Origin: Chiloscyllium plagiosum
Taxonomy: Eukaryota
Reading direction: 5' to 3'
DNA: 64,000 nt
NCBI RefSeq assembly: GCF_004010195.1
Contig: NC_057752.1
Span: forward strand, 7,076,099 to 7,140,098
The notes beneath the pieces are model-generated. The model worked only from the letters and a program-made list of their open reading frames with translations, was not told where the DNA came from and did not search any database. Numbering within the stretch: the stretch's first letter is position 1; each line of letters begins with the position of its first letter. The translations under genes were made by a program, and so were the position numbers. This document shows positions 53,171-64,000 of the stretch, in pieces.

Positions 53171-53577
53171 GATTCTCCATTTGACAGAATTTAATAATTT
53201 TTAATTTTAGATTATTTTAAATAAGGTTTTAGGTTAATTTTAAACTAGTATTAATTTTAAATTAGTATTTTATGATTTTAATATTTTATTAGTAAAAGTA
53301 AATTATTTTAAGTCATTGATTATGGGTGGTGGGTAATATTGGTGTAATATAATTAAAGTGCACGCAACACATAAGAAATGATGAGCGGTAATATAATCGA
53401 ACGGTTGAAAAACCCAGCTCATTCCTCGCTTTATTGATGATTCTGGTTTACAACATTTTATCCTGTTCCTTTTAAGATCATCTGGCTGTGGTTAGCTAGA
53501 TAGGGGTATACTTTTGTTGACGAGCGATGATAAAACTCGAAAAGGACATGATCCATTCATATGGTGAGTGCATGAAA

Positions 53578-54218
53578 TATGCCCAGCATATGCTGCCCTC
53601 AAACCAGTTGCGGGGTGTGTGGGGGGGTAGAGACTGTCACACATCTCCTGTTAGAATGTGCCTTTGCAAAGGAAGTCTAGAGAAAAATGCAGTGGTTTTT
53701 GTCAAGGTTCATCTGGAGCATGATGAGTCGTGATGCAGGACTCCATGCTCTGCAGTCTGTTCCCCAGGATGCACCCCGAGACAAACATCAATTGCACCTG
53801 GAAGACCATCAAATCAGTGAAAGACACTCTTTGGTCTGCCCAAAGCTTGTTGGTCTTCCAGTGCAAAGAGCTGACCTCAACTGAGTGTTACAGACTGGCA
53901 CATTCCAAGGTCCAGGACCACGTGCTGAGGGATGTACAAAAGCTTGGGGAAGCTGCTGCTGACGCGCAGTGGAGAAAGACCACCACCTAAGGTCTTTCTG
54001 CCAAAGTTAAATGGGGTCCGTTCAACTGTAAAGTGCTCGCGTTGTCTCAAATGTAAATGTAAATAGTGTCCTACATAGGTAAGAAATGTCTTTGACCGTT
54101 GCAACCGTCAGATCCAACTTATGTTTTTCTTGACGTGCAAAGACTATATGGAATTGCTGTAGTAGCTGTGTGTGTACAAAATTTTTTTAATTAATAAAGT
54201 CTATTTTTGCAATTAAAA
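53578..54218 (+). mobile_element. Tx1/L1-like LINE ORF2 C-terminus and 3' UTR, right part
   Basis: CPQTSCG...ETVTHLLLEC knuckle; WKTIKSVKDTLWSAQSLLVFQCKELTSTECYRLAHSKVQD (same family as 2566-3019); aataaa at 54193. Confidence 0.85.
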
Positions 54219-54379
54219 GTTACAGAGATGAACAGATTGGCAAATTAACTAGGAGCAATGTTACGAAATGTTTGAATACACTGTGCCTGAAAGGGCAACT
54301 GAAGTAAAATATAGAATAACTTTGAAAAGCAAACTGCATAGAAACTTAAAGGGACAAAACTTCGTAGGCTACAGTAAAC

Positions 54380-55820
54380 AAGATTTGGAGGTGCCGGTGT
54401 TGGACCGAGGTGTACAAAGTTAAAAATCACACAATACCAGGTTATAGTCCAACAGGTTCATTTGGAAGCACTAGATTCTGTCAATCCATTTTTAGATGAG
54501 AATCAGTCTGCCCATTGTGGCACTGACAGTCTCACACAGGGCAGCTCACACCTTAAATGCATTATCTGGGTCGACATGGCACCAATTGTTAAAGTTCACT
54601 TGAGAATGTAACTTTGAAATGTTCTGGAATTTACATATGAAAGAACTGAAACCAACATGTTCATTCTAAAAGATTAAAAATCACACAACACCAGGTTATA
54701 GCCCAACAGGTTTAATTGGAAGCACACAAGCTTTCGGAGCGTCGCTCCTTCATCAGGTGATAGTGGAGGGCTCAATCCTAACACACAGAATTTATAGCAA
54801 ACATTTACAGTGTGATGTAACTGAAATTATACATTGAAAAATTGATTGTCTGTTAAGTCTTTCATCTGGTTGAATGCCACGATTAAAAATCACACAATGC
54901 CACTTCTTTCATGTGTAAATCACAAAACCTTTTTTAAAAAGTTGCATTCTCAGGTTAGATGTTAACAATGGTGATAGCTAGACAATATGTTGAAGGTGTT
55001 AGCCCCCTGTGTTCTCTGTCTATGCCATGATGTTTAGATTGATTCTAATCTAAAAAGTGAGATAACGGAGTTTTACATTAATTCATGCAGTTTTTGAGCA
55101 AAGTACAATGTAACCCTGCAAGTACAAATTCACCCCACAAAATATATTTGCGCATGTGGGTCTTTGTCTGTGTGTCTGTCTGGGTTGGGGGGGGTCGTGA
55201 GTGTGAGAAAGTGTATGTGTGTGTGTGTAGTAAGTGTTGAGTGTCTTAAATCTGTGACGGGGTGCATGTGTGAGTGTGTGTGTCTGTAAGGGTGTGTGTG
55301 GGTGTCTGTGTGCGCATCTGTGTGTCCTTGTGTGTGTGTATAGGAGTGTCTGTGTGTATGTGAGAGTGTGTGTGTGTAGGGGTGTCTGTGTATGGGTGTA
55401 TAGTGCAATGGTGGTCACATCAGTTCAGTTTTATCACACTCTAAATTTTTGCTATAAATTCTGTGTGTTAGGATTGAGCCCTCCACTATCACCTGATGAA
55501 GGAGCAAAGCTCCAAAAGCTACTGTGCTTCCAATTAAACCTGTTGGACTATAACTTGGTGTTGTGTGATTTTTAACTTTGTACACTCCAGTCCACGACCG
55601 GCATCTCCAAATCATTCTAAAAGATGAGAGACTTAACAAATAATCCAGGTCTTTTTCAATATATCATTTCAGTTGCATCACACAGTAAACTTTCACTATA
55701 AATTCTGTGTCTTATGATATTATACTCCACAACCACCTGAAGAAGTAGCGCTCCGAAAGCTAATGCTTCCAAATAAACCTGTTGAACTGTAACCTGGCGT
55801 TGTGTAATTTTTAACTTTGT
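54380..55820. mobile_element. Penelope-derived composite (direct and inverted pseudo-LTRs around a TG-rich tract)
   Basis: Repeated ttaaaaatcacac..accaggttatag in both orientations; hammerhead-like cores at ~54724-54760(-), ~55490 and ~55735(+). Confidence 0.7.
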
Positions 55821-56029
55821 AGTAAACAAGGGAATGAGATTAATTGGACATCGTTTTCAGAGACTTAGGACAGGGAGGATGGTCAAAATGCTCTCCTATA
55901 TCTGAATCCTTCTATCAACTGATTACATATTTCGTACCTCTGAATAACAACAGCAGATACTGCACATAGCAACATGTTTACAATTTAAGGAGACTCCGGG
56001 ACCCGCCTAAACGGACAAATTCAGCTGAC

Positions 56030-56187
56030 CCGGAAATGGCGTATTTAATAATTTTGGATACACTTTTAATCTATTTGAAAATTATTATAAATGTATAATA
56101 TGCCTAGCCCTTCTGTAATATATTTAGATCGAAATAAATTGTCAAAAGAAAAGAATGCTGCAAAACTAATTGCTGTAACCCGGAAGT
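56030..56187 (+). promoter_or_regulatory. CpG-enriched housekeeping-type promoter of MCRS1 (ETS and YY1 motifs)
   Basis: ccggaaatggcg (overlapping ETS/YY1) at 56030-56041; acccggaagt at 56178-56187; local CpG enrichment. Confidence 0.7.
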
Positions 56188-56254
56188 CTTTGTGTATCGC
56201 CTCGGTTAAGTTTGGGGCCTGGAACAAGCGATAAGAAGCGGGAGCTTAGTGTAA

Positions 56255-56264
56255 ATGAATAAAG
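56255..56264 (+). CDS. MCRS1: MCRS1 first coding exon (M-N-K + 1 nt)
   Basis: atgaataaag|gtatga; parallels the vertebrate MCRS1 start MDK; phase 1 matches the exon at 63600. Confidence 0.65.
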
Positions 56265-56559
56265 GTATGAGGTTCTCGGGAAAATAGATATATGTGTTTT
56301 TTTTTGTAAAGGGGCTAATGTCTAGTGTTCATTTTTTTTCTATGCCAAAGTGAGTGGTTATGATGGAAATAAATAACACGCTTCAGGCTGCGGATCTGCT
56401 TGAACCTCTAGTTGTCTTTGAGCAACTTTCAGGGTCAGTGTCTGTATTAAACAGACAACGATGAACGTTGTGTGTTTTACTTTCCAATTTCAGCTCTTTT
56501 TTCCATTCCGCAAAATTGCTGCACCATACTCAAATTTTAAGGCTTAGCCATTACTGATT

Positions 56560-57505
56560 TTAGATGTGGGAATCAAATATAATATTACTAAATTTGCAAA
56601 TGACTAAACTAGGTGCACGTACGACTTGTGAATGCAAAGATGTTTCAAGGGGATCAAGAGAGGTAGAGCGGGCGGATTTGGGGATTGTAATATAGAGTAA
56701 TGAGGTTACCCATTTTGGTAGGAGCAATAGAAACACCGATCCTTTCTTAAATGTTGAACTTCAAAAGGACTTGGGTGCTTTCTTTCATGTGTCACTGAAA
56801 GATACTATGAAGGTACATCAAGTGATTTAAGAAGGTGGATGGTATATATTTTTAAGCAACTCTTTCAGATATATTATGATGCAGGTGGCGCAGGTGGCGT
56901 TTGAACCCAGGTCTTTTGGCCTAGACGTGGGGGATACTACACCTATATCAAATGAGCACCCTGGAAGGCAAATGGCATATTGGCTTTTATTGTAAGAGGG
57001 TTTAGTATAGAAATAAAGATGTCTTACAGTAATTATATAGAGTCTTTATGAAATCACGCATGAAGTTTTGTGTGCAGTTTTAATCTTGCCTAAGGAAAGA
57101 TATACTTGCCATGGAGGGAGTACAGTGAAGTATTGCTAGACTGATTCTTGAGATGTAGGAGTTGTCCTATGATGATGAACTAAATGGGCTGAGCCTATAT
57201 TCTGTGGTCTTCAGAAGAGTGGGAGATGATCACATTGAAATGTCAATATTTTTTCAGGGTTTGACACCATCGATACAAGAAAGAAAATTTTCTCTGAATG
57301 AGGAATTGAGATGAAGAGGAATTTCTTCACTCAGAATTGTGAATTCTCAAGCCCAGAGAGCTGTGGGGGCTCAGTTATTGAGTATGCTAAAGACTTGGAT
57401 TGATAGATTTCGACATATTTACAAACGTCAAGGGACATTGAAGTAGGATATCAGTTGTCATCTCATTGAAGAGCTGAATAGCCTACTCTACTTCCTATGT
57501 CCTCT
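56560..57505 (+). mobile_element. Highly decayed CR1/L2-type LINE
   Basis: aaatttgcaaatgac (KFADD remnant), tgtgtgcagttt, gaggaatttcttcactcag motifs shared with 8850-9690. Confidence 0.65.
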
Positions 57506-59199
57506 GCTCTTTGTTCTTGAACTGTGGTCCTTTTTTATGTAAGCATCAATTATGTTTCCTAATGTTTTACCTTTAACCAGATTCTTAAATTAACAGATCA
57601 GAGTCTTCCTACACTTTCTGTACACCACAATCCAGCCCTTATAAAAGTCACAAATCTGTCATGATAACTGTCATGGAGGAATTATCTTTTGTTGTTTTTC
57701 TCCAAATCTTTGGTTATTGAAACAGTTGACTAAACCATCTTCCTCCAACATCTTTTTGTTGTCCAGCTTGGTAGTCTGTCAGGTTTTGTCCCTAACCATT
57801 TGATTGAAGCCAAAGCATCTGACATTCCCTTCTCGTCTTGATGCTGTTCCCTCCCGATTCCAGAAATGATTTATCTTTGGTCTTTATCTTAGTGGGGTCC
57901 ATATGGAGACTGACATGCTTCCAGGTGTACCTCTCCTTTACCCCTTTTGACCCCTCATGTTGTCATGTTGCTTGTTTGAATTGGGTGAGCTGCAGTTTCT
58001 TCAGCTAAACATCAAAACTGAATGATAATCTTAAACCGAGGTACTAAAGTCTTATTGTGAACCTTGAGCCTCCTCAGAGGCAAGTCAGAGAGTACTTCTG
58101 GTGCTAGGGGAGCCAAGGCCAGCTATGGCACCTTTTGGTTTTTTTTTGATGGGGGGGTTGTGGTGAGGGGAGAGATATAAAGAACTGAGTAATTCCTTGC
58201 TGTTAATGAGCAGAATAAACAGCAACAGAATGAAAGGTTTGTTATGTTTTAAAATCGCTTTTATTCACAGTTTAGTTACCCATACCATTGTGTGTGAAAT
58301 TTGCAAATGAATGTCTCGTTCTTGCAAAATAACATTTTCACATGACCCAGCAGCACTAATTGAAGCAATACATCATCCAAGCAAAAGGGGGATCAAATCT
58401 GATCAAACACCTCCGAAGAACTGCTGTAAATTTGTGTTGGTAACTTAGTGCTACTAAGATCAACCTTTTCACATAGAATCGTATAACATTTATAAATAGA
58501 CCATTTGACCCAACAGCGTTTATGTTTTATACAATGCATCGTCCTTGTTAGTTTTCAACAAATTTAGCCTTAGCCATAGCCATTTGCATTGACTCAGTGG
58601 CAGATTTAAAAAAAATGGGTAACCCTGTCAACCAAACTTGTGGGAGCAAAATAAATTTCCCCTGGATTTTATTTTCTTGGGAATTTTGAGCCTTTCCCAT
58701 TTGTGAAAGAACGATTGCACTCAGCTACCTCGAGCAAATTGCTCCTTCTGTAAGAAAAGGCCAAGGGCTAGTGATTCCATGTCTGATTGAGGGGGGAGGA
58801 AAAAGGTTACTGTTGCAGAACTGACCCAGTGAAGCTGGAGGAAGCATGCTTGTGTGACAGTGAACAGGTCGAGGTTAAGACTTCAAAAGTTAATTACTTT
58901 CACTTAGGTTAGAAAGGTGCAGTACAGTTCTAGAGTCAAAGGTCAGAGTCTTGTGCACATAGGTCTTGAGTGCGAGACTTCCAAAAAAAAGCTGCACGTT
59001 GTTTATAGTTTATACTGCAATATAATTTTGCTCCCTTGCAAAACCTAAACAATTCTGGAGAATTATGCCTTTTAACGAACCAGTGTAATTAACACCATCA
59101 ATAAAATCTCTTCCTGTTAACTTCTGTGATCTGCAGTTTTATAACTTGAATGATTTAATCTGTTCCTGGCCAGTTCTAAATTATTTTTAATAAATTTGT

Positions 59200-59415
59200 T
59201 TAGAGGGTGGTACGTGTATGGAATGAGTTGCCAGAGGATGTGGTGGAGGCTGGTACAATTGCAACATTTAAGAGGCATTTGGATGGGTATATGAATAGGA
59301 AGGGTTTGGAGGGATATGGGCCGGGTGCTGGCAGGTCGGACTAGATTGGGTTGGGATATATGGACGGGTTGGACTGAAGGGTCTTTTTCCATGCTGTACA
59401 TCTCTATGACTCTAT
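59200..59415 (+). mobile_element. CR1 LINE 3' end
   Basis: Near-identical to 218-440. Confidence 0.85.
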
Positions 59416-61499
59416 ATATACTTTTTCAATATTGTTGAAAATAGGGCCTTTGGCCATGCTGTCCCATTTAAAAGTGCTCTGTAGGATGGTAAAAATACAT
59501 GTATTCAGCTCCTTCTCACTAAATTTTGCACAGTGCAGAACAACAGTTAACAATATATCTTCAGCTGTTTGTGACTGGTACCTCTAGTAAACGTAAAATC
59601 ACCGCAGTCCCGGAGGATCATCAAGCTGTTCTCTTCTTAGAGAAAGACAACTAGTGACGGTTTAACCTGAGGGTCACCATGCCTTATGTGAGGGGAGAGG
59701 TTGAGAAGGAGAGTCCTTCGTGGTGACATTAGCTGGTGTGAGACTTGAATCCGTATTATTGGCATCACTCTGCATTGCCAATCAGCTGCCCAACCATCTG
59801 TAGTATAGCTGAAACATAAAATACAAGTCAGAAGTATAAATTATTGTGTAAAATTGAGGTTATTTTAGTCAGGTATTTGTAGAGCTCAGAAGTTGAGCCT
59901 GACTGAACTCAAAATCGAAGGGAAGCAAGCTTAACTGCTGGAGAATTGATACCAGTTTTAAATTTGTTTTCCAGATCTACAAACTTTTGATCAATGAGAT
60001 ACCATTGCATGGAAAGCCTCGTACAGTGACTTTGCTAGTATCACGTTGCCACGGATGATGAGCAATTCTACCTTGATTGGTCAGAATAGCTCTCTGGAAG
60101 GAAGAAATTTAGATAAAGGTATTGTATTCTCTGGAGCTTGGTGCTTATTTTAAAAAAAAGTTTGCTCAAGTTGCTTCTGGTTCTTTTGTCAATCATCTGA
60201 AATTTATGTCCTCTGGTTACCAATGCTTCTATTACGTATTTATTCAAACAAAGCTGTTTGTGATTTTGAACACCTTGATCAAGTCTGCTGTAAGGAGAGC
60301 GACCCCACCTTTTGCAGTCTTTCCAAACAGTTAAGGTCCCTCTGTTCTGTTATAATTTCAGTAAATCTCTTCTGTGCCCTTTCTAAAGCTTAGAGATGTG
60401 CATCTCTTTCCCCATCTTCAGAACCGCAGTGTTTGCATGTGTAGGTGTAATAATAGTGGATTCGTGAAAGAGGAATTTAACAAATGAGGTAATCAAGTGA
60501 CAATCTGAACTGTGAGTTTTCACAGTTGTGTGCTGTTGAAGAATAACAAATAAGTTTCTGTGTGCATTGTGGAAGATTGTGATTTCTCCCCCTCTCCTGT
60601 ATTTTAGTTGCATGAATCTCAAAAGCTTTTTTATTCATTAATGGGATGTGGGCATCGAAGGCTAGGCTTGCATTTATTGCCCATCCCGAGTTGCCCTGGA
60701 TAAGGCACTTGGGCTGCCTCCTTGAACCGCTGCAGTCTCACAGTGCTATTAGGAAGGAAGTTCGGGACAGTGACAGTGAAGGAATGACATTATAGTTCCA
60801 AGGCAGGATGGTGAGAGGCTTGGAAGGGAACTTGCAGGTGGTGGTGTTTTCACGTATCTGCTACCTTCTCCTTTTAGATGGTAGAGGTCGTGGGTTTTAA
60901 AGATGCTGTCAAAGGAGGCTTGCTGAGCTGTTACAGTGCATCTTGTAGACAGCACACATTTTAGACTAAGCCTGAATTTTATCTGGGTCTTGTGACATTT
61001 GGACACGAACTGCTTTGATATCTGAAGAGTTACAAATTCCCTCCATTATAAGGTCAGAAACAGGGATGTTTGCAAAATGTTCAGCACCATTTGCAGAATA
61101 CTTGATACTGAAGCAGCTTGTGTCCATGCACAGCCAGACCTGGAAGAGATCCAGGGTTAGCTTATAAGTGGCAAGTAATATTTGCACCATGGAAGTGCTG
61201 GGCAATGACCATATCCAAAAAGAAAATATCTAACCAGTGCCATTCCTGGATCTTCCACTTTAACATCCTGGGAATTACCATCGCTCAGAGACTGAACTGG
61301 CCCAAGCATATCAATACTATGGCTGCAAATGCAGGTTGGAGGCTCAGAATTGAGAGAGGAATAACTGATCTTCTGACTCCCCAAGGTCTGTTGATCGTCT
61401 ACACTCTAGAATTTAGAAGCTTAAGGGGTGATCTGATTGAAGTCTTCAAGATATTAACAGGAAAAGACAGGGTAGATTAAGATAAACTATTTCCTCTGG

Positions 61500-62600
61500 T
61501 TGAAAATGTGTTGCTGGAAAAGCGCAGCAGGTCAGGAATCCTGAAGACGGGCTTTTGCCCGAAACGTCGATTCTCCTGTTCCTTGGATGCTGCCTGACCT
61601 GCTGTGCTTTTCCAGCAACACATTTTCAGCTCTGATCTCCAGCATCTGCAGTCCTCACTTTCTCCTCAAAGATTAGATCTGTTGCAGTGTTCCTTAACGC
61701 AAGTTCAAAGAACAACACTTCATTTTCCATCTTCTCCTGCTGAACACTCTCTGCTCATTCCTGAAGAAGGGCCTGTGCCCGAAACGTCGAATCTCCTGTT
61801 CCCTGGATGCTGCCTGACCTGCTGTGCTGTTCCAGCAATAAAGTTTCAACTTTGATCTCCAGCATCTGCAGACCTCACTTTCTCCCTGTGTTCTCTGTCT
61901 ATGACCTGGTGTTGAGATTGATTCTAATCTAAAAAGTGAGATAACAGAGTTTTACATAAATTCATGCAGCTTTTGAGCTCAGAGTTCTACATGAATGTAT
62001 GCAGTTTTTGAGCGAAGTGCAATGTAACCCTGAAAGTACAAATTCACCCCACAAAATATGTGTGTGCATGTGGGTCTTTGTGTGTGTGTGTGTCTGTCTG
62101 GGGTGGGGGTTGAGAGTGTGAGAAAGTGTGTGTGTATGTGTGTAGTGAGTGCAGAGTGTCTTAAGTCTGTGAGGGGGTGCATGTGGGAGTGTGTGTGTGT
62201 CTATAAGGGTGTGTGTGCACGTCTGTGTGTACCTGTGTCCGTGTGTGTGTGTGTAGGAATATCTGTGTGTGCAATGGTGATCACCATTGCAATGTGACAT
62301 GAACCCATGTGACAGAGAACACAGGGGGCTAACACCTTCAACATATTGTCTAGCTATCACCATTGTTAACAGCTAACTCGAGAATGCAACTTTTTAAAAA
62401 AAAGAGTTTTGTGATTTACACATGAAAGAAGTGAAACTATCACTGTACTCTAACAGATGAAAGGCTTAACAGACAATCAATTTTTCAATGTATAATTTCA
62501 GTTACATCACACTGCAGATTTTTGCTATAAATACGATTGAGCCCTCCACAATCACCTGATGAAGGACTATAACCTGGTGTTGTATGATTTTTAACTTAGT
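61500..62600. mobile_element. Penelope-derived composite (two tandem pseudo-LTRs plus second-family TG-rich fragment)
   Basis: Two copies of ctgaaga..gggc....gcccgaaacgtc...cactttctc; 61885-62600 matches 54750-55570. Confidence 0.75.
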
Positions 62601-63599
62601 TCACAGCAGCCTGCTTGTTTCACATAATCATCCACCAAAATCCACGTTCACTCCCTCAACTAAATGCACAGAGGCAGCCATTTTTATCATCTACAAGGTG
62701 CACTGCGGCAACTTATAAGGCTCTTTCAAAAGTATCTTCCAAACCATCATCTCTACTTTCTAGAAGGACAAATCATATACATGAAAACACCACCGAGTTC
62801 CCTTCTAAGCCATGTATCTGACTTCGGACTGTATTGCTTTTCCCTCACCGTTATTGGGTAAAATTCTGGAACTCTATAACAGCACTGTAGGTGTTTCTAC
62901 GTCTCCTAGACTGCAGCATTTCAAGAAGGTGGCTCACCATTATCTTCTTGAAGGTAATTGGAAATGGACGCTTAAATACCCCATGTCCCGTGAATAAAGT
63001 TTTTAAAAAATCCATTCTGACCTCCTTTCTCAAACAATGTAACCCATCAGTCACTCCCAGATTCAGTCTTTGCTGTGTGCTGCAATAGCTTTTTGGCTTG
63101 GGTCTTAGTAGAGGTGCTGGAAGAGGTACTTCTTGGCTAGAGGAAGGAAACACTGTCAGGATTTGTATTTGTGATCCCTGCTGCTGGAAGATGGTAAAAA
63201 TGTGATTGAGGTTGATTGTAATTTTTTGGGTCCCATGCATCCTGTCATCAAGTTGTATGTCGCCCCTTGCTGTCCCAAATAAAGGCCACTTGGGGGCGAA
63301 GCGACAGTGGGTATGTAATATCTATTGATTTATACCCGAGCACTCAGGAGATGATGCAAGAAAGATGTGAGAAAATGCATTTCTTGTGAAGGAAAGGGTA
63401 AAATTACTTCAGTTAATAGGCTTGCTAGTTATCAATCAGTGTAGACAGTGTGTACTTTAGGGCGATATTACAAGTCAGGTAGAGTCACAGCATTAAAGTG
63501 AGTAAGTCAATCTTGCTGCTTATATGTTAGATCACATGGATGGTAAAACTCATCTGTTTTTACATGAAATAATAAGCAATGCTCTTTTTCTTTATGAAG

Positions 63600-63750
63600 C
63601 TGATCAGCAGTGTACATTGGGTACTATTGGGACAAGGCTTATGTCGACAGGGTCTGTGGGGAGATCTGATGGGGCCCAGTCCCCCTCGGCACAGAAACGC
63701 ACCGCAACTCAAGCTTTCAGCCTACTTCCCAAACGCAGAAGCTCATCCAG
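63600..63750 (+). CDS. MCRS1: MCRS1 (microspherule protein 1) N-terminal coding exon; gene continues beyond the window
   Basis: LMSTGSVGRSDGAQSPSAQKRTATQAFSLLPKRRSSSR aligns by eye to recalled human LMASGTASRSEDEESLAGQKRASSQALGTIPKRRSSSR; tttatgaag| and |gtaat boundaries. Confidence 0.88.
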
Positions 63751-64000
63751 GTAATGCAGGGGTGGAAATGCTGTCTCTTCAGCTCGCCTACAGCCTTTTA
63801 TTTACATGTCATTTATATGACAGTGCCACTTCTACTTGAAATGGTTCTCTGCAATATTCATCACCTGTCCCACTCGATATTCTGAATTTTATTTATGGTG
63901 TGGGGTGGAGCTCTGAGTGCTGGCACTGGCAAAAGCAAAGCAAGATTATAAATGCTCATTCGTTTCCAAATGGCAGTCAGATGTTTGACAGTGGCTCATG

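Larger units (their letters stand above)
49053..53577 (+). mobile_element. R2-type (RLE) non-LTR retrotransposon, near full length, inactivated
   Basis: HDV-like ribozyme 5' UTR; zinc fingers (R)KFC..H..C, CSKC..H..C, CEIC..H..H; Myb (GVWS...TKTSKQISNKRR); RT (AGPD, WRPITIG, QKGF, GVKQ, LAFADD, KYLG); CRRC..ETIAHISGWC; RHN; PD..VVDV..KKEKY; AT-rich 3' UTR. Confidence 0.92.

Noticed and set aside
55083..55575. His/Thr- or Val/Cys-rich ORFs (also 61962-62363)
   Set aside because: Translations of TG/CA low-complexity tracts inside Penelope-derived repeats.

Overview
Vertebrate genomic DNA, most likely an elasmobranch (shark), inferred from HE1/V-SINE-type SINEs and dense CR1/L2, Penelope, Rex1 and Tx1 debris. 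(1) A complete 12-exon + strand PMEL (premelanosome protein) gene spans 7730/7748-41675. All splice phases join into one ORF of about 817 aa: signal peptide, NTR, PKD, an 11-aa repeat (RPT) exon, a KR convertase site, a kringle-like domain, a TM helix and an ENSPLL sorting motif. (2) The 5' part of MCRS1 starts at an ETS/YY1 promoter near 56.0-56.3 kb and continues past the window end. (3) Between the two genes is a near full-length but decayed R2-type retrotransposon (~49053-53577) with 3 zinc fingers, Myb, RT, CCHC and a restriction-like endonuclease. It is not in 28S rDNA but nested in a Tx1/L1-like LINE. Its 5' UTR holds a foldable HDV-like ribozyme core with a ~190-nt P4 extension. (4) Penelope-derived short inserts carry minimal hammerhead ribozyme motifs with covarying stems. 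All family assignments come from motif recognition; no database search was run.
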